Shown here in pieces: positions 13,530-25,084 of a stretch of DNA of 64,000 nt. A program made the position numbers and the translations under genes. The DNA lies in the NCBI RefSeq assembly GCF_009914755.1, contig NC_060926.1. One strand, 5' to 3'. Positions within the stretch are counted from its first letter, which is position 1, and each line of letters starts with the position of its first letter. The notes under the pieces were generated by a model. That model made no database searches. It was not told the DNA's origin and saw nothing but the letters and a program-made list of their open reading frames with translations. The DNA is from the human T2T-CHM13v2.0 reference genome, Homo sapiens.

Positions 13530-14110
13530 TGATCACAGTCTCTGCCTTCACAGAGGTCACCTTCTAGATGGATCCAGGAACCAGACAATTACAAAAGAGT
13601 GAGAGAAATGTATGTAAGAGAAAGTGTAAGGAAGGATGAGCCCTATCCCACCCCTGGCAGTTATGGAAGGCTTCCTCAAGGAAGGGGCTTCTTAATGGAC
13701 TCCTGGGAGGTGAGTAGCCATTAGCTAGATGAAGAGGGGTAGATGAGGATAGGAGCATGTATATGTTTCCCAGTGGGAAGTGGTGGCAGTGGGGAGGGAA
13801 GGAAAGAAAAGAGAGCAAAGGGAATAGTATTTCTGACAGAAGGAACAGCCTCAGCAAAGGCCCATGAGGCAAGAGAAGGTGCAGTGCATTGTTCATGGAG
13901 CCACCAAATGTTCTGGAAGGCTGTGGATGAGAAGACAGCCTGGCTGGTGAGTAGCACTGCCTGCCCCACTAAGGCATTTGTCCCGAGGGCAGTGAAGGGA
14001 AATGCTGTAATTAAGCACTTAGCCATGTAGGGTAGATGCTCATTCCAGGGAGAGACCACTGAGGGCAGGCCAATCAGGGAAGGCTTTGAGGTATTGGGAG
14101 GACTTGAAAG
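13530..14110 (-). mobile_element. L2 fragment
   Basis: GGAAGGCTTCCT...CAGAAGGAACAGCCTCAGCAAAGGCCCATGAGGCAAGAG. Confidence 0.65.
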
Positions 14111-14534
14111 ATTATCAGCAAAAATGTCTCCCATCATGAGAGCTGATGGAGTCCTCATTAAGGTTCCCACAGTTATAATCCTCCAGAACTAAACCTGAAC
14201 TTAATCAGGTGATGTGGGAAAATGAGAACTAAAAATAAAATTGTCACTTGATTCTATTCCTACATCTTCACCCTCCAGAGGGAAGTTTCTGAGGGATATA
14301 GGATCTTTCTGACCATGTTTTTAATAACACTTTTAGCCAAAATGTCCCCCCTCAAAAATTCAACTACCTGTTTGATGCCTGCTTTGACTTCTCTGATTAA
14401 CCCTACTCACAGGGCAGCCTCCCTCTAATCCACATTGTTGTTCTTAAAATCTATTTTAGAATTTAAGTAGCCACAGCCTCAGCTCATCTCAAAGTTGTGG
14501 ACAGTTAAGATTCCCCTGGGATCTCCAATTTCAA

Positions 14535-15045
14535 CAGTTATCATTATTTATTGTATGTAAAAAACCATCCCAAACTTTGGGGCATACAAAAATCCTCTAT
14601 TAATATTATTATTAATATATCTCTTGCAGTTTTGAGGGTTGACTGTGCTCAGCTAGTTGGTTTTCTGTCAGGATCTGCCATGCAGTTGTGGTCAGACAGA
14701 ACTGGAGATCAAAGGCTTGCTCACTCAGATGTCTGGCAATTGATGCTGCAGCTCAAACTCCTACGTGTGGCCCCTCCCCAAGGCCCAGACTTCCCCAAAG
14801 CAAGTGTCCCTAAAAGAGGGAGAGCCAGTCCAAAACTGCATCAACCTTTAGGGCCTAACCCTGGATGTCCATAGCGTTGCTTCACCACATTCTATGAGTT
14901 GAAACAGTGGCAAAGACCCACCCAGGTTGAAGGTGAAGGGACACAGATTCTGCCTCTCAACAGTGGACTGGCAAGGTCACATTGCAAAAAGAGCGCGTGG
15001 GATGGAAGATATTGTTGTGGCATCTGTTGAAAATACAGTCTGCCA
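14535..15045 (-). mobile_element. MaLR LTR (MLT1G/H-type)
   Basis: GTTGACTGTGCTCAGCTAG, ACTCAGATGTCTGGCA, GGCAAGGTCACATTGC...GAAAATACAGTCTGCCA. Confidence 0.8.
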
Positions 15046-15395
15046 AGGTCACAACATCACTGCCACAACCACACTTCAAACCATTAACATTTTTTCCATG
15101 TGCAACGTGCCCCTGTGCTGGCCCCGGGATCCCCAAGTCCCACTGTAGCTGGCACCAGCTTGACATCCAGGATCTTTTCATCTAAACCAGGTCCAAATGC
15201 CAAGGAGACCCCACAGGTGTGGTTCTTCTTCCACAGGGCCTTAATCGATATGAAGACCTTTGAATGAGAGTGACATGTTATCTGCCCCCTACACACCCAA
15301 CATTCAATGGTGGGATGAACATGACTACTATATACACTCCTGTTTAAAAAGAGGGAAAACTAGGCCCCCAGCAGTAACGGGATCGTAGTAATCTC
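15046..15395 (-). mobile_element. MLT1 internal-region remnant adjoining its LTR
   Basis: TTATCTGCCCCTACACACCCAACATTCAATGGTGG and CATCTAAACCAGGTCCA motifs of MLT1-int. Confidence 0.7.
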
Positions 15396-15639
15396 TCAGC
15401 AGTTTCCTCCCTACATGTGCAATTGATTTGAAAGGCAAATGGTTGCATTAACTCTTGAATATTTTCACCTCATTCTAACTCAGAGTTGGTAACCCTTGGC
15501 CCTAGGGAATGGTAAATGGAAAGAAAGATTAGCCCATGGTAAAGGGGGAAATGAAGCATTGCTGTGGCTCCATTGTAGGCAATCTACTCCACACAGTCAT
15601 GGAGCTCTGTCAGTTGGGGTGTTCTCACTACCACACTCT

Positions 15640-15995
15640 CCCTGGCCCAGGCTACAGGTGGCTGGGATTGGTTTTTCAATGGCAAATGACCCACAGAGCC
15701 AGTCTTATGTTTTCTCTACATAAGCTGGGACATAGACCTCTCTTTTGGTTCAGTGTTGGTGTCAAGCGGCAAGCACATGAGTCTGAGGCTGTCAGCAGCC
15801 ATTTCTCCAACCCAGGGACAGAGCCGTCTGCAGAATAGAGCCAGCAGCAGTGGGGAGCAGAGACAAGGACTTCAGTGAGCAGAGCCTAATGATGTCATTT
15901 GAGCCAAGACTTTAATTCAACGATAAATCCCCCTATTTGCTTAAGATAGGTTAGGTTGGATTTTTGTCACTTGCATTGGAGAGTATCCTAATACA
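15640..15995 (+). mobile_element. MaLR LTR (MLT1K/L-type)
   Basis: 3' end ATAAATCCCCCTATTTGCTTAAG...TTTTGTCACTTGCA...CCTAATACA. Confidence 0.7.
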
Positions 15996-16534
15996 CTCCC
16001 ATTTTTCTCCCTAAGCTCTTTGCCCTGGCCTAAAGTCTAGCCTCCCATGGCCCCTCTACACCCTCCGTCAGGAAGAAAGACCCCCCTGAAGCACTTAAGT
16101 TCATCTTCTTGTCCCGGGGCATTCCCAAGTGGAGAGGGAAGGCTGCGTTTTCTTCCTCGGTCCTCCAGTCTTTCCAAACACTGGAGACAATTAGAAAGTA
16201 ACAACAGCTCACACAGAACAACTGCCTTCACTCAGACTCAAGCCTGTCCCCGTCTCCCTTCACTCACACTCCCAGTTGACCATAAGAGTGAACAATCTCC
16301 AAGGTGTGCACACGCTGCAGAGGGAAGTGCCAGGATGGTCTCACAAGAGAGTTGCACAACACTGGATGCAGACCACCCTGGACACTGCCCTGGCCAGAAC
16401 CTACCAATCTCCCAGGGCCCTACCTATCAACTTTTCTCTTATATGACTTAGAACCTTCTGGTATCAATATGTTCAGCAGGAAATGGCTTTTTGATCACTG
16501 TAAAGTCCCTGCTGATTGTGAAGATTAGATCAGC

Positions 16535-17322
16535 TGTGGCCTGTAGGGCCCCCTCTTCCAAGATATTAATAACTGAGACTGCACTGGGGAGCGATTAGCA
16601 ACGTTGAGCACCAGCCCACACTCCCAGCGTGGTCAGATTTCATGCATGCTAGACCTGTATAGAGCCAGGGGTCCCAGATGCAGGGGTCTGAGGAGGGAAG
16701 ACTTTGAGCACAAGAGAGTGGGAAGAAAAGGAAGGTCAAAAGTGCAAGATGCAGCAGAAAAGGCTGAGACATGTCGTCTGATACCCTCCAAGCTCCACAG
16801 CTCTCCCATTCCACACTTTGAACCCACAGCAACCTACCTATGAGGCATGACCCAGGTGAGGATAATAATTTTCAACCTTCTTCCAGCCCCTAAACATATG
16901 TCATTTATTTGCGTGGACACTCCCCTGGGCCACAGGCTGCAGCACAGCTGAAATTCACTGTGGCCACACCTCCTTCTAGCCTGTGGTGTAACTCCATCCC
17001 TTTCCATTCTACCCAGGAAAGCTATTGTACACTTCACTTCAGTAACCACCATTAGTAACAACCCACCTGTGGCTCAGCCCCCAGCAGCTCCAGATGGTGA
17101 ACATGGAAGGCATCACCCTTTCAACTGTGGACTCAACCAGCTGACAGTACGGTCCACTATCAGACTCAAGGCCTGCCGCACATTTATTCCAGTAACACCT
17201 CCCTTCTGGTGTGGCCTTTAAGCCCTCTTAACATCATCCCACTGTGGTACATCTACAGCCTTAAGTTGACAGTGGACCCCTATACATTTAAAAGCCTGTT
17301 TCCAGACAGCGCCCAGTGGACT
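16535..17322. mobile_element. Gypsy-type LTR retroelement relic (LTR81-like)
   Basis: TGTGG terminus at 16535; CAGATTTCATGCATGCTAGAC...CAGATGCAGGGGTCTGAGGAGGG resembles a recalled mammalian Gypsy LTR81-group consensus. Cut off by MIR/L2 at ~17325. Confidence 0.6.
16960..17319 (-). pseudogene. Frameshifted Gag-like (PNMA N-terminal-like) reading-frame remnant
   Basis: Manual translation: PLGAVWKQAFKCIGVHCQLKAVDVPQWDDVKRA / LKATPEGRCYWNKCAAGLESDSGPYCQLVESTVERVMPSMFTI... / ...IAFLGRMERDGVTPQ. Similarity to PNMA1/2 N-termini judged by eye only. Confidence 0.4.
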
Positions 17323-17371
17323 CCCTCGACAATCCTGTGAGGTGGGGTTTGCTATCATCATGATTCCCTGC

Positions 17372-17860
17372 AGATTCATTTACTTGTTGAGGACTTGTTA
17401 CGTACCAGACATGGTTCTAATAGTGAATAGAACAAAGACCTCAGTCCTCAGGGAGCTTAAATTCTAGTGGAGGAATAAAGACATTAAAATAAAAGCATAA
17501 TAAATATGTAGTATTACTTATATAAGAAGGTAATGAGTGCTACAGAAAATATGAGAGAACAGGGCAAGGTAAAACGGAGATGATGTGCATGGAGGATGGG
17601 GAAGTTTCCAAGATTAAACAGGGTGGTCAGGGTCTGCCTCATTGAAAACATTGAGATTTGCACAAACACTAGAAGAAAGTTGGTGAGCAAGCCAAAGGGC
17701 ATGAGGGGACAGTATTCCAGGCACAGGGGACTGCCAGAGCACAGGCCCCGCAGTAGACCATGCTTGGAAGCTATGAGGAGCAGTAAGCAGGCCACAGTGA
17801 CAGGGACAGAGTGAGCAGGGGGAGGCCAGTGGACAGGAGACTGGAAAGAAACAGACAAAG
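17372..17860 (-). mobile_element. L2a 3' region
   Basis: GTCCTCAGGGAGCTTAAATTCTAGTGG...AGGGTGGTCAGGG...TATTCCAGGCACAGGGGACTGC. Confidence 0.85.
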
Positions 17861-19419
17861 CCAACCAGAGGGAGGACTTGCCACCTAAGGCCAGAAGTAC
17901 AAGACACCCTCGTGAATCAGGTCGGACACAGGCCTCTCACTTTGAGCCCAGGTGCTTTCTCTGCAGATTTGAGGCAAACAGGCCTTCTTGTTCCCAGTAG
18001 CCCTTCATTCCCCACCACCAGGCCACCACCCAGCAGAAGGGCAGCCCCCAGAGGTTATTTACTACCCTTGGTCACCCAAGGGAGCTATCCTGCCTCACCC
18101 CTGCACCTGCCTGTGCCCCACTGGCAAGAGAGCTGACGACAAGGAAGAACCAAATTAAAGAACCCCCCAGTAATCAGAGGGACTCTCCTTTCCTTATCCA
18201 GGGCCCAGAAACCTCTGATTATAGATCCAAGCTCCTGGGATCTCCCAATCAAAAGCTGGCATGCACGAGGCAGGGGCAAGCCAGGCCCAGGACTTTGTGG
18301 TCTCACATCCTACACTGCCAGGGCCCAGCGGCCATCTGGCTGGGCTTTCCATGGACAATCAGACAGCAGGCAGCCGATACTGGGACTGCCAGGGCACTGG
18401 GGCCACAGGAGGCATCTGAGGCAAAGCTCCCCAGCTGCTCAGACATAACCAAATCGGGCCTTTGCAAGGAGGGGGAAGAGTGCATTACCAAGCCTGACGT
18501 GCCAAGAGCTCCTTGGATCCACTCCGCCTCCCATGCCTCACCCTCTCCTGGGCTCAGCATGTTAGAGCTAAATGGCTCTATTTATTGCCATCCAAGGTTT
18601 TGCTTGGTGGGGCCCAGCGTGGCTGACCTCAGCCAGCAGTGACAAGTGGCCATACTCAGTCGGCAGACACCAACTTTGCCGCCATCTTTCAGCATCCCCA
18701 CTTTCCCCTTTCTCACACACAAATGTCTGCAGAGCTGTGGGCAGACCAGAGCCCTGAACAACTCACAGAGGCAAGAGGCCTGGTGGATGGTGCTTAGATG
18801 AATCATAGGGATGACGGCAAAATCACTCATTTTCTCTGGACCTCAGTTCCCCTTCTTATAAAATGATAGACCTGAAAAGCAATGATCATACAACTCTTAG
18901 AGACAATTGAGTACTCCATTTTGAGGGCAAGGAAGGACTTTGAATCACAAAGAAGAACTGATGAAATTCAGAGACCTAGATCTGAATTGCTGTGCAGATG
19001 TTGCTGCAAGAAATGAGAGGGGCTGAGAAAGATAGGGGACCTCCCCAGGATTGCCCTCTGGCTTAGACTTCCAGTAGATGCAGAATATTGGACTAAAACA
19101 CAGATCTGAGACTGGAGCTAGAAATAAAGACATGGCGATTTCCATGCCAAACAATGAAGTAACAGATGGGGCAAGAGGGCAAGACAGTGGAGCTCCAGGG
19201 TGCGTCTCTTCCTTCTGCAGATCTGGAGCCCCCATGCCTGGGGTTCTATTTCAGCAGATCATCAGGAGCACCAGGAGCACAGCTGCCAGAGAAAGTGTCA
19301 AACCAAGGAGTCCCCCCAGGTGGAAGAGGGTCAACAGTAAGGCAGCTGAGCAGAGAAACAGGAGTCTGTACCTCCAGCTTCTCAGTTGACTGAAAGGAAA
19401 ATGCTGGAAAAGATTGACC

Positions 19420-20290
19420 TTTGGTGCATGGATTCAGAGTCTGGTTTTGTACATGTCTGAATTTAGACCAGAAATCAGGAAAAAGGTCAGACAGAGGGGA
19501 GACACATATTTGGGAGATGTTTGCAAAGAAAGATGTAGAGAAAGGATTGGAGTAGATGACAGAGAAAAAATTGAAAGGGCATATTGGAGAATCTTGGAGA
19601 ATGTCTGCATTTAGGAGTTGAGAGAAGGAAGAGTAGCCAGAAAGGGAGGCAAAGAAGGGGTGTCGAGGGAGGTAGGAAGCATCAGGGTTGCATGGAAGTA
19701 GGGTCGTCATGAGTGCTGTTGATCAAACAGTCTGTCTGCCCCACCAGGAGCACAGCAGAACTGGAATTCCTGACTCCCTGCAATGGTTAGTGGAAATATA
19801 TGACTTTTTTAGCCAATGAGTCATGAGTGAAAGTGATATCTCACTTCTATGTGGCACATTTGAGAGTCTCCTTCTTCTTTCCCTCTACTACGATGACCAT
19901 GAATGTTCCAGCAGTGGCTGGACTGTGGGTCCAGGCCACTTAGGAGTGAGAAATCAACCTCTGTTGCATCAAGACACTGGGGTAATTGTTTGTATCTGCA
20001 GCACGACCTAGCATTTTCTGACTCATTAACCAATGGCAGGTTTCTAGAAGGAAGAAAGTGACCCACAGGGAGACTGAGGACTGGAAAACAGTGTTGAGTT
20101 TGGCAAACAAGTGGATCTTAGTGACCTTCAAACTTGGAGGTTAGAAGCAAGAGCCAGACTGCAAGGCATTAAGGAATGAAATACTGATGACAGAAAATGA
20201 AGATGTCTCTTTTAAATATTTTGGAGAATGTCAGAAAAGAAGGGGGTTAACATGAGGGCCAGCAGGGAGGGGGGAAAAGCTTCAGCTTTT
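19420..20290 (-). mobile_element. L2 fragment split by an MLT1J-type LTR
   Basis: GGTTTTGTACATGTCTGAATTT before, and GTTTGGCAAACAAGTGGATCTTAGTGACCTT...GCCAGACTGCAAGG after the LTR. Confidence 0.65.
19714..20030 (+). mobile_element. MaLR LTR (MLT1J-type)
   Basis: TAGCCAATGAG..GAAAGTGATATCTCACTTC; GTGAGAAATCAACCTCTGTTG...GCAGCACGACCTAGC...CTGACT. Confidence 0.75.
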
Positions 20291-20924
20291 ATTCCTAAGA
20301 TAAACCAGTGGAAAAAAAAGGGGATGATATCAATGGTGACCTGATTTGCCCAAGCTCATGACTGCTCTGTCCAGTTAGGAAGCAAGAGAAGCGGGAAACT
20401 AGATCTCCCATTCTGCAAGTTTCCCTTTCCTTGTTCCATATCACTCTAGGAATTGACCAAGGGTCAGTGGACACAGCTGACACTGGCAAGAGTTGGGAAA
20501 ATGAGAGGGAGGCTCTTGGGAAGAAGTAGTAAGGGGATGGTGGGGAGAGAGAGAAAAATCAGTGGAAAAATGATCAGTCTACAGGAAATAGGGAAGTTCA
20601 GGAGCCCCTAGGGATTGACCTCTATGAGGTGGGTTTCTATATTCATTGAATGGGGCTAACCCTTAGGGCACGGGGTCATGGAGAAGATCAGAGAAGATGA
20701 TGCATGCATAGCAATGCATTACAAACTTCAAAGCTCCATGCAAATGTGATGGGATATTGGCTGATCATCACTGTTGGGGGTGTCTTTACACAGAGAATCT
20801 GTTGCCCCTGGTTGCTACCAATAAGGCTGCACTCCCAAATCAGGCACTGTGGCTTACTGATGGAATAACCTCAGGTTCACACCAGCAGCACACACAGTTC
20901 TTGCACACTCTAGTGTAAACCAAG

Positions 20925-21065
20925 ATAAGAGACCTGGATCTCGCTGAGTGATCCTGGGTTAGTCACCCCTCCTTTCTAGGTCCCAATGTTAGATGCACCA
21001 AATGGGAGAAATGGGACAAACAATCTCTAAGAGGCCGCCCAGCTCTGACATTTTAAGATGCAGGG
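20925..21065 (+). mobile_element. MIR3/MIRc fragment
   Basis: GTGATCCTGGGTTAGTCACCCCT...ATCTCTAAG..CCAGCTCTGACATT. Confidence 0.6.
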
Positions 21066-21713
21066 ATTCAATTAGATCTCCAGCTAGTCTATACTTCTCA
21101 TATAAATGAAACATAAAACTATTTGTAGTTAATTAAACTTGAAACAGTTACTATAGCATTAATTAGATGAACAGACATACATACATACACACACAGACAC
21201 ACACACACGCAAAACAATAACTGTTGAATGATATTTTGGATCTTTAATTCCTTTGATCAGTTCTAAGATCAGCTACACACATACTTTGGCCACATTAAAA
21301 CCCTTTTACTGCCAACTAAGGCTCCAGCTGAGCCAGCCAGCAACAATGTGCCCTCTTCCTGGCCAGCTGAGAGCCCCTGCCCTGTGTCTGCCTCCACCAG
21401 CCATAGGGCTCCAGCTGTCAGTTGCCTTGAAAGGGCACACATCCTCAGTCTGCCCACATGTCGTAGCCCACCCCATGATGAAGAGGGTGTATTACTGAAG
21501 CAAAACACATAAAATCAACACGTGAGCCTGTGCTCATCCTGACTTCATCACTGCCACCAAAGACAAATGCTAAGCTCCATGAAGAGAAAGTCTAAGCTCT
21601 GACCTGCTTCAGTCCTGCCCATCAATACCCTCAGTAGAAAGTCAAACCTGAGATATCCTGGGGAGGCTGATACTCAAGAAACCTCCCCCAGCTTCTCCCA
21701 TCTGTGTGTGAAC

Positions 21714-21731
21714 CAATCAATCAATCAATCA

Positions 21732-21784
<53 letters not shown>
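21714..21784 (+). repeat. Compound microsatellite (CAAT)5(CT)10(CA)15
   Basis: Read directly from the sequence. Confidence 0.97.
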
Positions 21785-21785
<1 letters not shown>

Positions 21786-22569
21786 AGCAATGACCACCAG
21801 GAGGTGCTGGCCACAGTTCTTAGAGCTGATCCCCTGGGCTGGGTGTGATTAATCCCTCTTCTTTCCATGGCCTAAATGGGACCAGACAAGCTTAAAGACT
21901 TGGTCATAAATTAGCCCATGCACAGGATAATGGAATCAAGTTCCACTGAAAGCAGAATCTAGGCCCTACCGCCTCTCTGGTCCAGCATGACTTTGCAGCC
22001 CGGCAAAAGAAGAGCATGTCTGGTTTTCAAGCAACTGGGTCTGGGACTCTCATTTTCACATCCAGTTTGAGTTGGTTATGGTCTTCCATGAAAAGTAAAA
22101 TGCCACGCCAAGCCCGCCCCACCTCCAAACCTACCTGACACCTTTCCCCTCCTGCCTTGCAGTTGACAGCCATGCAACCCCAATGGTGTTGTGGTGGGCC
22201 TCACTTAATCCTTGAGTGGAAGGAGCAAGGCCTGGGGACAGGAAGGGGTCCTTAAAAAGTCATCAGATCTAGGAGGCAGCTCTGCCTGTCCTAAGAGGTG
22301 TGCTCTCCACCAGCTCCTCCAGAATTCTGAGACCACATCGTTCCACCCACAATTACCTGAGGAGGTGCAGGGGATGATGGGACACAGGGGCCCCTGCAGA
22401 CCACAATCTGTGAGTTTGCTGCTAAGTGTTCCCATTCAACAGTATGAGAACATTTACAGTCTGAACTAAGCAATGCATCATGAATTCAACAGTGTCCTGC
22501 TGCATCTCACAGCATTCTGCCTTGGCCAGACCCCTTCTGCTGCATGTCACTTATATCTTCTTACCACTG

Positions 22570-22710
22570 TGTAGAAGCCCTGGGCTCATGCTCAGGAAGC
22601 CTGGGTTCTTGTCTTAGTTCTTTCACATCTGCACAATGTTGGGCAATTTTTTTTACTCCTCTGAACATTAGTTTTCCGCTCTCTAAGATGAGATGAGCAC
22701 TACTTACTGC
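22570..22710 (+). mobile_element. MIR fragment
   Basis: GCCTGGGTTCTTGTCTTAGTTCT...TTGGGCAA...CTCTGAAC. Confidence 0.55.
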
Positions 22711-23029
22711 TGGCCCTCCCTGCTCTAGTGTTGTGGTCTAGAGTCCTGGGTCCTCTACCAGACACTTCCCTGTATAAACTTACTCCAAGGGCCAAATTTT
22801 ATAGGCATAGAGAGAACATTGCAAAAGCAGGGGAACTGCAGGAGTACAGAAGGTCCTGGCCTTTATCATTGCCCTGGTTCCCCACCAGAGTCCTAGAAAT
22901 TCCACGGTAAGAGACTCAAGTCCCAGAGCAGGGTGCTTCCTCCTCACCCAGACCCTGCCTTCAAATGGCACCTCCACCAGAAAGGGAAATACCTGGGTAA
23001 CTTTTATTCACCCATCTCTGTCTCTTACT

Positions 23030-23330
23030 GGACAAGGCTAAACTCCTTCATCTACAATTTAAAGTCTTCCAGAATCTGACCTCAATCTACTCTTTCATCT
23101 TTATGTCTCATCTTGCCCCGGATGCACCTTTAGCCCCAGACACAGCGAAGGACTCACTCTTTCCTGAACTTAACTTGCCATCTAATCTTTTGTAGAGAGA
23201 ATGTCAGTAATGCCAACTACAGATCAATCTACCCATTCATTAAAGAATGTCCCTACAGACTTCCACACAGCAGTTCAAAGCCTAGGTCAATCTGCTACTT
23301 GTTAATAATTCTTAAAATGAATAAACACAT
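23030..23330 (+). mobile_element. L2 fragment
   Basis: AAACTCCTTCATCT..TTTAAAGTCTTCCAGAATCTGACCTCAATCTAC. Confidence 0.55.
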
Positions 23331-23382
23331 ATTTCTTCAAACCCAAGTTTTCACTGCTTACTGCTGGCCCTCCCTGCCCTAG

Positions 23383-23784
23383 TGCTATGGGCTGAATTGT
23401 TTCCCCCCTCCCTCAATTCATATATTGAAGTCCTAACACCCAGCACCTCAGAATGTGACAGAATTTAGGAGATAAGGTCTTGAAAGAGGCAGTTAAGTTA
23501 AAATGAGGTCCTTAGAGTGGGACTTAGTCCAATATGACTGGTGTCCTTATAATAAGAGAAAATTTGGACACAGACATGCACACGTACAAGGAAAAGTCCA
23601 TGTAAAGACACAGGAAGAAGACAGCTACCTTCAAGCCAAAGAGAGAAGGCTCAGAATGAAATTAAACCTGCTGACCCCTTGATCTTGGAATTCTAACCTC
23701 CAGAATCATGAAAAAATACATTTCTATTCTTGAAGCCATCCAGTCTGTGGTACTTTGTTATGGCAGCCCTAGCAAGCTAATGCA
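23383..23784 (+). mobile_element. MLT1B solo LTR
   Basis: TGCTATGGGCTGAATTGT...GGCAGCCCTAGCAAGCTAATGCA. Perfect 5-bp TSD CCTAG at 23378-23382 and 23785-23789. Confidence 0.93.
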
Positions 23785-23824
23785 CCTAGTGTCTTGTCCT
23801 TCTACCTAGCCAGCCCAAATATGA

Positions 23825-23970
23825 GTCACAGAACATCAGAATGGAAAGAGCCTCAGATTGTTGAGTCCAACATCCTGTTTTTCAGACAGGCACAGGGAGG
23901 CCCAATAAAAGGAAGAGATTGATCAAGGTCACATAGGAGGTGGTGGCTGAGCCTCCACCCAGGGCTGGTT
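23825..23970 (-). mobile_element. MIR3/MIRc fragment
   Basis: CACAGAACATCAGAATGGAAAG...GTCCAAC...CAAGGTCACATAG. Confidence 0.6.
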
Positions 23971-24794
23971 TGGTCATAAAACACTGAGTCCTGGGGAAAC
24001 AAGTTGGGATGCACTGAACTGCCTGAGCTGAGCAAACACACAGATAATTCCCCATGGAACTCTGCCCTACACATATCAAGTTTGAATATAAGTGCTAGAC
24101 ACACAGGCCTTGATTTCCCAACTCTGTCCAGAGATGGCTATCTCCACAAACCCTGCATAAGCCCACAGTGACCCGAGAGTGCACAGTGGGTCTTCCTTGG
24201 CTGGCACCAGAAATCAGCTTAATATAACCTAGCGCCATTTGAGAGGGCATGAAAGGAAAATGAAGGGGGAAGGAGGAGATCTACTGTAGTCCAGACTTGC
24301 CCCTGAACCCCGAAACCTCCTGCTGAAAGTCAGGCTGCCTTCATAAGTGGTAAATCTTAATTCCATTTTTCATCACTAGCTCAACATTTACTAGTATCGT
24401 ATTGTTGTATTTGTAGTATTTGCTGAGTGAGTGAGATTCAGAGATACTGCATGAAGTCAGTGCTCCGGAAGGTTAAGGAGAGAGGAGATCCCTTTAGACC
24501 AGGTAATCAGATGTGACTTTCTGGGGAGGCTAAAACTTGAGCCGGCCATTGAAGGATAGGTGGAGCATGGAGAAAAATAGTCATTCCAGAGAGGCAGCAG
24601 CCCCAGGGTCAGATTTCATTTCAGGCTTCTACTGCGTCACTGAATTTGTTTCCCCAAACAAATCTGTGCTGGTTTGGAATTTTATCCACAGTAATGAACA
24701 TTGACAAATGTAGTTTAAGGGACCAGGGTAGAAAGAGAAGTCACAGTCCTTGCTACAAAGAGTGTACAATCGGAATGAGAAGATCAAGCTTTCT

Positions 24795-25084
24795 TTTTTA
24801 TTATTTTTGAGACAGTCTGGCTCTGTGGCTTAGGTTGGAGTGCAGTGGCACCATCTCGGCTCACTGCAACCTCTGCCTCCTGGGTTCAAGAGATTCATAT
24901 ACCTCAGCCTCCTGAGGAGCTGGGATTACAGGTGCATGCCACCACACCCAATTAATTTTTTGTATTTTTATCAGAGACAGGGTTTCACTATGCTGGCCAG
25001 GCTTGTCTTGAACTCCTGGCCTCAAGTGATCCACCCTCGTCGTCCTCCCAAAGGATTACAGGCATGAAACCACTGTGCCTGGCC
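24795..25084 (-). mobile_element. Alu (Sz/Jb-like)
   Basis: Antisense dimer with CTCCTGGCCTCAAGTGATCC. TSD CAAGCTTTCTTTTT / CAAGCTTCCCTTTT at 24785-24798 and 25085-25098. Confidence 0.93.

Noticed and set aside
19269-19756. Exact 15-mer CACCAGGAGCACAGC at 19269 and 19742
   Set aside because: No extension on either side, and one copy lies in an LTR; compatible with chance.
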